From positions 32,001 to 96,000 of the forward strand of contig JAKPMO010000026.1 of NCBI GenBank assembly GCA_029548865.1: 64,000 nt of DNA, read 5' to 3'. Below the pieces are notes generated by a model. It did not search any database. It saw only the letters and a program-made list of their open reading frames with translations, and was not told the DNA's origin. Numbering within the stretch: position 1 is the stretch's first letter; each line of letters begins with the position of its first letter. Positions 38,705 to 47,994 of the stretch are shown piece by piece. This DNA is from Caldisericota bacterium. Its GTDB lineage: Bacteria; Caldisericota; Caldisericia; JAAYUI01. A program made the translations under genes and the position numbers.

Positions 38705-39766
38705 ATGGCAAGGGTACTAGTCATTAACCCAGGCTCCACCTCAACCAAGGTGGCAGTCTTCGACGACGAAAAAGAGATAGCGCAGGAGAATATTACACAT
38801 GGTAATGAGGAACTCGCTAGCTTTCCAAAAACATCAGACCAGGCACCATTCAGGCTCAAAGCCATAAAAGATTTCCTGTCCAGACACTCCATTCCAGAGG
38901 AAAGCATTGAATGTGTTGTTGGCAGGGGTGGGCCACTCAAACCAATTCCAGCAGGCACTTATATTATCAATGATGCAATGCTTGTTGATCTCATTGAATC
39001 AAAGAGAGCAGATCATCCATCCACCCTTGGCGGAATCATTGCCGACATGATAAGGAAAGAAAGAGGTATTCCAGCCTATATTGTTGATCCTGTGTCGGTT
39101 GATGAATTTGAAGATTTTGTAAGGGTGGCCGGTTTCCCGGAATGCGAAAGGGTATCACTGGGCCACGCTCTCAACATCAGGGCTGCCTGTAGAAGGGCAG
39201 TCAAAGAACTCGGCATTACCCCTGGAACATCTAGATTTGTTGTTGCTCATATGGGCGGCGGCATTTCGGTTGTGCCTGCTGAGGCTGGAAGAATAGCCGA
39301 TTACGACAATGCAAAAGAAGCCGGCCCAATCCAGCCAGAACGTTCTGGCTGGCTCCCGCTGGCCTCGCTCATTGAGCTCTGTTTTTCTGGAAAATACACA
39401 GAAGATGATATTGCAACCATGACTTCAAAAAAGGGTGGTATTTATGCCTACCTTGGCACAAATGACGTACGTGAGGTGCTTGATAGGATAAAAAAAGGAG
39501 ACATGAAGGCCAAAATGGTCCTTGATGCCATGATCTATCAAATATCCCAGGAAATAGGCATCATGGCAACCACCCTAAAAGGCAAGGTTGATGCGATTAT
39601 TCTTACCGGCTCCATCGCATATTCTGATTATGTTGTTTCGAGAATCACTGATTATGTTGGCTACATTGCCAAAGTGGTTGTTTATGGAGGTCAGATGGAG
39701 ATGGAGGCGCTCGCCCAAGGAGGACTGAGAGTCCTAAGGGGCGTCGAGAAAGCGAAGGAGTACTAA
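38705..39766 (+). CDS. buk: Butyrate kinase
   Basis: INPGSTSTK, VVGRGG.LKP, IVDPVSVDE, HALN, AHMGGGISV, VDAIILTG. Confidence 0.93.
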   Translation: MARVLVINPGSTSTKVAVFDDEKEIAQENITHGNEELASFPKTSDQAPFRLKAIKDFLSRHSIPEESIECVVGRGGPLKPIPAGTYIINDAMLVDLIESKRADHPSTLGGIIADMIRKERGIPAYIVDPVSVDEFEDFVRVAGFPECERVSLGHALNIRAACRRAVKELGITPGTSRFVVAHMGGGISVVPAEAGRIADYDNAKEAGPIQPERSGWLPLASLIELCFSGKYTEDDIATMTSKKGGIYAYLGTNDVREVLDRIKKGDMKAKMVLDAMIYQISQEIGIMATTLKGKVDAIILTGSIAYSDYVVSRITDYVGYIAKVVVYGGQMEMEALAQGGLRVLRGVEKAKEY

Positions 39767-39769
39767 AAA

Positions 39770-40642
39770 ATGGCGACACTCCAGGATTTTGTACAGGTGC
39801 CGACCAAGGACCTACTGCTAAAATTCCTGGAAGAAGGTCCAAAGGTCGAGGGCAGGGAGAGGGTCAAATTACAGCGAAAAATGCTGGCAGACCCACTTCA
39901 AGCATTGTGGGACTTAATGAGCCAGGGTATGTCTGGTTTTTCAGGCTACCAGCTTCTCAGGTTGGGGATGCTATTTGATCCTGATGATGATCTCAGGGAG
40001 GTAAGGGCAGCTTATGATGCCCTTGTTGCTTTCCAGGCATGGGAAAAAGTAGAAGAAACTCTTAGAATGTCACGCAAATACTTTGGTGGGCCAGCCGCAA
40101 TATGGGCACTGCTTATTGCTGACAGGACAAAACCTGATGTTGTAGAACGTTTTAAGGGTTATACAGGTTTTGGCAGCGTTCCACCTTATATAATCTTTTC
40201 AATCTGGCCAACAACTTACTCGCTTGTGCATTTAAAGGCCTCTGTTGCGAGGGAATATCACCACCAGATGAGGGCGACCCTATTCCCTATTGGCGGCCCG
40301 CATTTTGATCTCGCCTCTGCCATTGTCAATGAGGGCCTTGCAGAAGTTTTTGTTGAAGAGCAATATGGGCAACAGTCTGTCTCTGAAATAGCGGCCAGCC
40401 TTTTAGTTGATCAAGTAAAGGCCCTGTGGCCAAAGTACAAAGATAATCTGAAACTTGTTGGTATGGACAGGCATAGGCCCTTCCTCTATGGTGGTTATGG
40501 ATCCGATCTCCCCTTCTGTGCGGGTTTTGCGGTTGGATACCAGATTGTAAAGGGTTATCTTTCAAAACACAAAGAATCTACAAGCAGAGACCTCATATCA
40601 ATGCCTGCACAAAAAATTGTTCAGGGTTCAATTTTCCAATAA
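39770..40642 (+). CDS. DUF2268 family zincin-like protein
   Basis: AREYHH (HExHH-like), NEGLAEVF, LYG......P...GFAVGYQIV..YL. Confidence 0.7.
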   Translation: MATLQDFVQVPTKDLLLKFLEEGPKVEGRERVKLQRKMLADPLQALWDLMSQGMSGFSGYQLLRLGMLFDPDDDLREVRAAYDALVAFQAWEKVEETLRMSRKYFGGPAAIWALLIADRTKPDVVERFKGYTGFGSVPPYIIFSIWPTTYSLVHLKASVAREYHHQMRATLFPIGGPHFDLASAIVNEGLAEVFVEEQYGQQSVSEIAASLLVDQVKALWPKYKDNLKLVGMDRHRPFLYGGYGSDLPFCAGFAVGYQIVKGYLSKHKESTSRDLISMPAQKIVQGSIFQ

Positions 40643-40659
40643 TCAAGGAGAAACATATA

Positions 40660-41568
40660 ATGATTGAGAATTTTACACAGCTTGTTGAAGTTGCGAAGAA
40701 GAAGGGTCCGAGAAAGCTTATTGTTGCTGCAGCAGAGGACGACGTTGTTCTTGAAGCAGTCAAAATGGCAGTTGATCAAAAAATTATCGAGCCGATTCTT
40801 GTTGGCAACGAACCTGAAATCAAGAGAATTGCATCACAGCTTAATATGGAAGTCCCATGGCCGATAATTCACCAGCCAGATCCAACAGCTTCTCCAAAGG
40901 TGGCAGTTGAGGAAATCAGAAATGGAAAAGCTGAAATAATCATGAAAGGTCTTGTTGGTACACCGATACTTCTCAAGGCTGTTTTGGACAAGGAAAAGGG
41001 TCTTGCAAAAAGCAAGGTGCTTTCACATGTTGGTCTTATTGGAACCAGCACATACAAAAAGCTCATGATTATGACTGATGGTGGAATGGTCCCAGCACCA
41101 ACCCTCGATGAAAAGATAGAAATACTTAAGAATGCAATTATTGTCGCTAGAGCACTTGGTGTTAGCCCTATAAAGGTAGCAGTCTGTTCATCCGTTGAGA
41201 CTGTCTCAAACAAGGTTGTCTCGACAATGGATGCAGCCATACTCGCAAAGATGGGAGATAGGAAGCAATTTGGAAAAGACGTAATTATTGATGGTCCTCT
41301 CGCAATGGATAATGCCGTCAATAAGCATGCCGCGGAGCACAAGGGTATCATATCGGAAGTCGCCGGAGACGCCGATGTACTACTTATGCCAAACATTGAA
41401 TCAGGCAATATATTCTACAAGGCCCTAGTTTATCTGGGCAACTGCAACGCCGAGACGGCCGGAATCGTCCTTGGCGCTAAGGTCCCAGTAATAGTGCCTT
41501 CAAGGTCTGATACAGCAGAGTCGAAATTGAATGCAATTGCAGCATCCGTCCTGATTGCTGGAATCTAG
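40660..41568 (+). CDS. ptb: Phosphate butyryltransferase
   Basis: VAAAED, IMKG, TDGGM, IDGPLAMDNA, P.IESGNIFYK, GAKVPVI..SRSD. Confidence 0.93.
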   Translation: MIENFTQLVEVAKKKGPRKLIVAAAEDDVVLEAVKMAVDQKIIEPILVGNEPEIKRIASQLNMEVPWPIIHQPDPTASPKVAVEEIRNGKAEIIMKGLVGTPILLKAVLDKEKGLAKSKVLSHVGLIGTSTYKKLMIMTDGGMVPAPTLDEKIEILKNAIIVARALGVSPIKVAVCSSVETVSNKVVSTMDAAILAKMGDRKQFGKDVIIDGPLAMDNAVNKHAAEHKGIISEVAGDADVLLMPNIESGNIFYKALVYLGNCNAETAGIVLGAKVPVIVPSRSDTAESKLNAIAASVLIAGI

Positions 41569-41639
41569 GACTTCTAATTGACTCGCGCTTTGCAGGCGGC
41601 GCAAAAGATGCCTGTGCGTAAAGAAAAGGAGAGTGTAGG

Positions 41640-42986
41640 GTGTCGAATTTTATTGACGAGATTATGTCTATTGTTAAACAAAGGGACCCGGCTTCGCCGG
41701 AATTCCACCAGGCAGTCCACGAGGTTGTGGAAAGTCTGGAGCCGCTCATAGAGCGCAATCCAGTCTACAGGAAACTGCGCGTCGTTGAGCGCATCATTGA
41801 ACCCGAGAGGGTAGTAATGTTCCGTGTACCATGGGTCAATGATGCGGGGGACATCATTGTAAATAGGGGGTTCAGGGTAGAATTCAATAGTGCAATTGGA
41901 CCGTACAAAGGTGGTTTAAGGTTCCATCCAAGTGTGAATATATCAATCCTGAAGTTCCTTGGTTTCGAACAGATTCTCAAGAACGCCCTCACAACCCTTC
42001 CAATGGGTGGAGGAAAAGGTGGGGCAGATTTTGACCCCAAAAGCAAATCTGACAATGAAGTAATGAGATTTTGCCAGAGCTTCATGAATGAGCTCTTCCG
42101 CCATCTTGGTCCAAACACCGATGTTCCCGCCGGAGACATAGGCGTTGGAGGCAGAGAAATAGGCTACCTGTTTGGCCAGTACAAGAGGCTCATGAATGAA
42201 TTCTCTGGTGTATTTACTGGAAAGGGAATCACATTTGGTGGCTCGCTCATACGTCCTGAAGCCACAGGTTATGGTGCGACGTATTTCCTCATGAATATGC
42301 TTGCCACCAAGGGTCTGGATCTGAAGGGCAAGCTGGTAGCAATTTCAGGTTCTGGAAATGTTTCACAGTATGCTATTGAGAAAGTCACCGAGTTTGGTGG
42401 CAAGGTCATAACTTGCTCTGATTCGGACGGCTACATAATTGATGAAGCTGGAATCGATAAAGAGAAGCTGCACTTTATTATGTGGCTCAAAAATGTCAAG
42501 AGGGGCAGAATCAAGGAATACGCAGAAAAATATAACGCAAAGTATTTTGATGGTGCCCAGGGAATCTGGAAGGCTCACAATTATCATGTGGCCATGCCTT
42601 GCGCAACGCAAAACGAGCTTGATGAAGTATCTGCAGAGGCACTTGTTAAGGGTGGCTGCGTTGCCGTTTCTGAGGGTGCGAATATGCCTTCAACTCCGGG
42701 GGCAGTAAAGATATTTCTTAACAATGGTATACTGTATGGCCTTGGAAAAGCTGCCAATGCAGGTGGGGTTGCCGTTTCGGGACTTGAAATGACACAGAAT
42801 GCCCTCCACATGGCATGGACAAGGGATGAAGTTGATAAGCATTTGCAGAGAATAATGAAAGAAATTCATGATTCAGCCTATAACGCGGCTGAGGAGTTTG
42901 GGCAAAGGCATAATTATGTTCTTGGTGCAAACATTGCTGGTTTCAGAAAAGTCGCTGACGCAATGATAGCGCAGGGCATAGTCTGA
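41640..42986 (+). CDS. gdhA: NADP-specific-type glutamate dehydrogenase
   Basis: GPYKGGLRFHP, MGGGKGG.DFDP, DVPAGDIGVG, RPEATGYG, EGANMP; GTG start. Confidence 0.97.
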   Translation: MSNFIDEIMSIVKQRDPASPEFHQAVHEVVESLEPLIERNPVYRKLRVVERIIEPERVVMFRVPWVNDAGDIIVNRGFRVEFNSAIGPYKGGLRFHPSVNISILKFLGFEQILKNALTTLPMGGGKGGADFDPKSKSDNEVMRFCQSFMNELFRHLGPNTDVPAGDIGVGGREIGYLFGQYKRLMNEFSGVFTGKGITFGGSLIRPEATGYGATYFLMNMLATKGLDLKGKLVAISGSGNVSQYAIEKVTEFGGKVITCSDSDGYIIDEAGIDKEKLHFIMWLKNVKRGRIKEYAEKYNAKYFDGAQGIWKAHNYHVAMPCATQNELDEVSAEALVKGGCVAVSEGANMPSTPGAVKIFLNNGILYGLGKAANAGGVAVSGLEMTQNALHMAWTRDEVDKHLQRIMKEIHDSAYNAAEEFGQRHNYVLGANIAGFRKVADAMIAQGIV

Positions 42987-43010
42987 CCCGGTTGGTGGAA
43001 AGTAGAAACT

Positions 43011-43038
43011 GGGGCGACCTTTTGGTCGCCCCTTTTTT
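43011..43038 (+). terminator. Intrinsic terminator after gdhA
   Basis: GGGGCGACC-TTTT-GGTCGCCCC-TTTTTT. Confidence 0.85.
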
Positions 43039-43053
43039 AAAAGAGGTGTTTTA

Positions 43054-43590
43054 ATGAATAAAGTGCTGGCAGTGACAGTTTTTGGGCTAACTTTTTGTTT
43101 TCTGGCCGGATGTGGTAGCAATACTATAAAAGGGTCATTTTTTGAAATGGAGATTCCAAAGGGGATGTATCAAGTTGAAATTCCCGATGGTTTTTCTTAT
43201 CAGATTGTATTGATGCCGGACAGGGAGAAAATAGAAAGCATCAATGATATGACTGGAAAAACTGCTTTTTGCTCATTTAAGTGGTTTAAAGGGGCATTTA
43301 AAAAAGGTGTTGTAAAGGGACTTGAAACGGGCACGCTTCCGCCTTATGCAGAAACTATTTTAAGCAGTGAGGCCAAGGCTGGGAACATGACTGTATTTAC
43401 CGAGCAGATTAATCAAAAGGACCAAAGTGGCACCCAGGTGATCAGGTCCATTTTTAGAGCGGTGTTTCCTTTTGATGGGTGGTGCTTGGAAATAATTGCT
43501 TCAGTGCAACCAGGATCATCGGTGGATCTTGAGGAAGTTAAAAAATTGATACAAAAAATTGAGTTTACAAATCCATCTTTTGCTCCTTGA
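43054..43590 (+). CDS. Lipoprotein, PsbP/DcrB-like motif
   Basis: LAGC lipobox; KGSFFEMEIPKG; SD GAGGTG. Confidence 0.7.
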   Translation: MNKVLAVTVFGLTFCFLAGCGSNTIKGSFFEMEIPKGMYQVEIPDGFSYQIVLMPDREKIESINDMTGKTAFCSFKWFKGAFKKGVVKGLETGTLPPYAETILSSEAKAGNMTVFTEQINQKDQSGTQVIRSIFRAVFPFDGWCLEIIASVQPGSSVDLEEVKKLIQKIEFTNPSFAP

Positions 43591-43621
43591 AACTTGTCCT
43601 TCAGAAGGGAGAATTATAGAT

Positions 43622-44074
43622 ATGAAAATAACCAAATTTGCCTTGGTGACTTTGTTGGCAGTTGCCCTTTGCGCTTGTGCGAGCGGTGTACTGGCAAAGG
43701 GCCCATTCTTCACGGTAGTTGTTCCTGAGCGTTTCCCGATAGAGAATTCCCCCCAAAGATTGGCGTTCCAGGGTCCGGAATGCAGGGTCCAGATAAAATG
43801 GTGGCCCGATGGAATGGCCTGGAGAGAATCTGTGGAAGCCAGTGAGATGGAAGGGGATGAAATCATTTCAACATGGCAAGAAACTGTTGATGGCAAAACA
43901 ATGGAGTTCACCGATGCCAAAAATGGACAAAGAGAGAAAATTTATTTCAAACTTCAGATAGATGGTGGTTTCATAATGGGTTTTGGGACTGTGATAACTT
44001 CCAAGGAACCAATACTCGAAGCTGCAAGATCGTTAAAGGTAACAAATGAAAAATACTTCCAGGAAAATAATTAG
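43622..44074 (+). CDS. Putative lipoprotein, related to its neighbours
   Basis: MKITKFALVTLLAVALCAC signal; KGPFFTVVVPER. Confidence 0.65.
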   Translation: MKITKFALVTLLAVALCACASGVLAKGPFFTVVVPERFPIENSPQRLAFQGPECRVQIKWWPDGMAWRESVEASEMEGDEIISTWQETVDGKTMEFTDAKNGQREKIYFKLQIDGGFIMGFGTVITSKEPILEAARSLKVTNEKYFQENN

Positions 44075-44675
44075 TTTTGCCATTACTTTTCTGGTAATAG
44101 CAATTTTGATAGTCGTTTTTTATTCCTGCAGGTCTTCCGGGGGAGGCCCAGGTCCTTCTTCAGCTTATATAGGACCTTTTTATACGCTCGAAACGGGCAA
44201 ATCCTGGGAATCATTCAAATATTTCGGGGAACTTAGAAAAGAAACTGGAGCCTATAGCTATACGATATTCCACAAGGCCCCCATCAAGATTTCCAAATGG
44301 GATGATGAAGAGAATTACGAATATGCGTTTGTTTGTGCATCATACAACGATAACAATGTATCTCTTGGGGATTTTAGAAAGCTCATGGAACTTCCAGTAT
44401 CCAATAACGTAAAACTTTTAAAGAAAGACAATATCATCCTTGGTAATCTCGATGCAAGATGGTATGAGTATGAAATAACCGTGACATCCAGTAACAGCAA
44501 AGTCTTCAATTTGATTGTTGATCTACCAATCGACAAAGGCTACATAGAGATAAGAGCCTGGGCGCCGATGGGTGATGAGGATGTAAAGGAAGAATTTAGA
44601 AAAATCGCTGAGACTCTTAGAGTTACCGACAAAGATTTTTTTGCTAAAAACAAACACATGGAAGGTGGCAAATGA
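44046..44675 (+). CDS. Membrane-anchored exported protein, PsbP-like
   Basis: N-terminal TM; GPFYTLE...W; LG.L.A.WYEY; EF.KI.ETLRV. Confidence 0.6.
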   Translation: MKNTSRKIISFAITFLVIAILIVVFYSCRSSGGGPGPSSAYIGPFYTLETGKSWESFKYFGELRKETGAYSYTIFHKAPIKISKWDDEENYEYAFVCASYNDNNVSLGDFRKLMELPVSNNVKLLKKDNIILGNLDARWYEYEITVTSSNSKVFNLIVDLPIDKGYIEIRAWAPMGDEDVKEEFRKIAETLRVTDKDFFAKNKHMEGGK

Positions 44676-45664
44676 AGGTATTGACCCTATTCCCAGCCGA
44701 GAACGCAATTGAAGCCTCTGTTTTTGATGGCAAGAGCAAAATATCAAGCGCAAATTTTGCTTATCCGGAATGCTTATGCGAAACTGGCTCGATTGCGGAA
44801 AAGATCGCCATACAAATGGGTGGTATGTCAACTGATATAGGAATTACTTGCTATTCCATGGCTCCTCAAGCATGTAACAAAATCACGATATTGGACAATG
44901 AGCTTTCTTCAAAGATAGCCTGTGACACCTTTGGCCATGAGAAAACCAATATATGTCCACAGATACTTTTGTCGCTTGCCCCAAAAAAAGCCATGCTTGT
45001 ATATCCGCTTACTTATGGTGAGTTACCGCCTGTTGCTGTGCTTTCTGGTATACCTCAAATCCAGCGTAGGATAGTTGCAAGAACATTTGAACACCTTCTT
45101 GGTGCAAAAGAGTTGTGCAAAATAACTGGTAAAGAATATGAACAATCCAATATTATCTCAATTTATTTGAGCAGTGATGAGATATCTGCATGTGCCCATG
45201 AAAAGGGTGGAGTGCTAGATATTGAAGATTCCTACGATGGCGAAGGCGCTATGACGCTAACCAGATCAGGGTTTTTTGGTCAGAGATGTGTTTATAAAAT
45301 GGCCTTTTCTGGCAAATATACCAAAGAGCAGATGCTTGAAAAGGTGAGAGGAAAATCGGGCATTCTAGGCCATCTTGGGACATCTGATCTGAATGAAGTC
45401 AGAAAAATGGTAAAATCTGGCAACAAGAAAGCAGAAGATGTTTACAAAGCTTTTGTCTATGGAGTAGCAAAATCAATTGGAAAAATGGCTGCAAGCCTCA
45501 AAGGGAAAGTTGATGGCATTGGATTAATTGGATCACTGTCTACTGATGGGGAATTGGTTGCAGAGCTAAAGAATTATGTTGGTTATATCAAAAATCCAGT
45601 CCCTCTTGGAATTGACCCTTCATCTGCACTCATGGAGATTGCTGTCACACACAAGGAAAACTGA
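44672..45664 (+). CDS. Degenerate butyrate-kinase-like protein
   Basis: C-terminal half matches Buk (GEGAMTLTRSG, FSGKYT, HLGTSD, LKGKVDGI); N-terminal INPGSTSTK, GRGG and HALN motifs lost. Confidence 0.75.
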   Translation: MKVLTLFPAENAIEASVFDGKSKISSANFAYPECLCETGSIAEKIAIQMGGMSTDIGITCYSMAPQACNKITILDNELSSKIACDTFGHEKTNICPQILLSLAPKKAMLVYPLTYGELPPVAVLSGIPQIQRRIVARTFEHLLGAKELCKITGKEYEQSNIISIYLSSDEISACAHEKGGVLDIEDSYDGEGAMTLTRSGFFGQRCVYKMAFSGKYTKEQMLEKVRGKSGILGHLGTSDLNEVRKMVKSGNKKAEDVYKAFVYGVAKSIGKMAASLKGKVDGIGLIGSLSTDGELVAELKNYVGYIKNPVPLGIDPSSALMEIAVTHKEN

Positions 45665-45665
45665 T

Positions 45666-46370
45666 ATGGAAGCAAGAATATTTATTTTTGCCGGCACCAC
45701 TGGTACCGGCAAGACAGAGGTTGCCATAAATTATGCTCTCTATCTCCACCAAAACGATGAAAAAGTTGCCCTTTTAGATTTTGATGTTGTCAAACCATAC
45801 ATACGAATCAGGGATAAAGCGGACATCTTGAGAAAGGCTGGACTTGAAGTCCTGATGCCGGAAGGATCAATTGCTTTTGCTGATATGCCAATAATTCCAA
45901 CACACTTGTATGCGTGGGTGGCGGACAAATCCAGAAAACTCGTTGTAGATGTCGGTGGCGACAAGCAGGGTTCAACAGCACTTGCGCAAGTGATGCCAAG
46001 GATCGAAACTAATGGATACGAGTTTATATTGGTAGTAAATCCTTTTAGACCATTTTCCAAAACTGTGGATCAGATAAAGACAATTGCGGGTGAGGTTGCT
46101 TTTGGAGCACGTGCTAAATTCACGCATATTGTTGCGAACCCACACCTTAAGGAAAAAAGTACAAGAAAAGACTTCCTTGAAGGCTTGGAAATAGTAAAGC
46201 AAGCCTCAAAAGAAATGGAACTTCCAATAAAATTTGTGGCCGTTTCACACGAATATCTGAAAGATGTTACTCAGGATGATCTTCCAGCTCCAATGCTTCC
46301 ATTGCAACTTTTTATAAAATATCCTTGGGAAGAGAAACCAAGAGTCAATTGGATATATAGAAGAGGTTAA
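45666..46370 (+). CDS. P-loop ATP-binding protein (MinD/CobQ-like family often found beside 2-oxoacid oxidoreductase and buk genes)
   Basis: GTTGTGKTEVAINYA, DFDVVKPY.R.RD, ADMP, DVGGD..G, VVNPFRP. Confidence 0.75.
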   Translation: MEARIFIFAGTTGTGKTEVAINYALYLHQNDEKVALLDFDVVKPYIRIRDKADILRKAGLEVLMPEGSIAFADMPIIPTHLYAWVADKSRKLVVDVGGDKQGSTALAQVMPRIETNGYEFILVVNPFRPFSKTVDQIKTIAGEVAFGARAKFTHIVANPHLKEKSTRKDFLEGLEIVKQASKEMELPIKFVAVSHEYLKDVTQDDLPAPMLPLQLFIKYPWEEKPRVNWIYRRG

Positions 46371-47560
46371 TTGTTGTTGTAGAAATTTGTTGAGGTCTTG
46401 GTTTTCTTTTTGCAGCTAGTGGCATCCTTTAGCACAGATTCACCGCACAAAGGGTTTATCCCAAAAAAGTCCAGGATTGTTGCTCCAACATCGCAAAGCG
46501 ATTGCCTTGTCCCAAGATCAACACCCTCATAACCTTTCATGTAGCACATCAACATGGTGTATTCTCTTGTATGATCGGTGTGCTTCTCATGTGTTGGGTC
46601 ACAGCCATGATCAGACGCCACTATTAGAAGATCATCATTGGCAAGAGACATGAGGAATTTGGGCCATGCCTCATCAAGCTCTGCAAGTGATTTTGCATAC
46701 CCCTGTTTGTCGCGTCTGTGGCCATAGAGCATGTCCAGGTCTTCAAGATTGGCAAAGACGAAACCATGATACATCTGCCTATACATTTTTGTTCGCTCAA
46801 GGCACTCAATATTGCCAGGTGGATTATCAAAAGTATCAAGGTATTCTGGGAAAAGGTCAGCTATGCGTCCCACCCCAGATATGTTTATATTGCGTTTTTT
46901 GAGCTCTGAAAGGACATTTGGTTCCGGGATCTTGAGTGTAAAATCCCTTCTCCTGGAGGTTCTGTAATAATTTCCTGGCTCACCAGCAAATGGCCTGGCA
47001 ATTACCCTCGCAAAGCTGTCTGGTTGATTAAAGTTGTTCCTTATTGTTTTGCAAATCTCATAAAGTTCGTTTACTGGTATCGTATTCTCATGGGCTGCAA
47101 CCTGAAGTACGGAATCGGCTGATGTATAGATTATCGGCATGCCAGTTTTTTGGTGACGCTCTCCAAGCTGTTCGATGATTTTTGTTCCTGAAGCTGGTTG
47201 GCCACCAAGGAGTCCTCTCCCTATGAGCTTAGATATAGTATCCATGATCTCTGAAGAAAACCCATCTGGGAAAACGTTAAAAGGATTAGTTTTTGGCTGA
47301 CCCATCATCTCCCAGTGGCCTTCTACTGTTGATTTGCCTGATGATTTAGGAACCATGCGACCTGTTGATGCCTGGCTTGGTCCATCCCTGCCACAAAGTT
47401 TATACAGACCAAATTTTGTGAGATATGGTAAATTTAATTTGCCATTTTCAGTTGCATGGGAGAGAGTTGACGTACCTGCATCCTCGTACTGTGCAGCATC
47501 AGGGAGACACCCAACTCCTAGACCATCAATAATCAGCAGAACAGCACTTTTTCCGTTCAT
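46367..47560 (-). CDS. deoB: Phosphopentomutase
   Basis: IDGLGVG.LPDA, GHWEMMG, YTSADSVLQVAAHE, RVIARPF, DMLYGHRRD, DHGCDPT, TDHTREY. Confidence 0.95.
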   Translation of the reverse strand: MNGKSAVLLIIDGLGVGCLPDAAQYEDAGTSTLSHATENGKLNLPYLTKFGLYKLCGRDGPSQASTGRMVPKSSGKSTVEGHWEMMGQPKTNPFNVFPDGFSSEIMDTISKLIGRGLLGGQPASGTKIIEQLGERHQKTGMPIIYTSADSVLQVAAHENTIPVNELYEICKTIRNNFNQPDSFARVIARPFAGEPGNYYRTSRRRDFTLKIPEPNVLSELKKRNINISGVGRIADLFPEYLDTFDNPPGNIECLERTKMYRQMYHGFVFANLEDLDMLYGHRRDKQGYAKSLAELDEAWPKFLMSLANDDLLIVASDHGCDPTHEKHTDHTREYTMLMCYMKGYEGVDLGTRQSLCDVGATILDFFGINPLCGESVLKDATSCKKKTKTSTNFYNNN

Positions 47561-47994
47561 ATAGAATTATATTAATGTCTAAATTGATTGTTCTGGTTAA
47601 ATAAGAATAAACCACTTCCAGATATTTCACTTTTTACCATAGTTTTCTTAAAATCACCTTCACTTCTAAAATTTGTGAAATTTTGATTATATATAGCTTA
47701 GTTCTGATTTGACCTGATAACAGGTCAACAAGATTCAAAATGTGAAATTATTGTTGAATGTTGTCACGCCATCATTCAACATGGTGGATTTTGGACTTTT
47801 TTACGATATAATGATATATTACCGAAAAATAAGCGAAAATATAAAATCATTGTTTGTAAGAGGATACAGCATTTGCGTGATGATTTGTGAACCTAGTACA
47901 AAACTAGTGTAAATATCTCCAAAATGGACCATTGCATTTAAGATTGAATTGTGATTGAATACTAACATAAATTCAGGCGAAAGGAGCCAAACAT

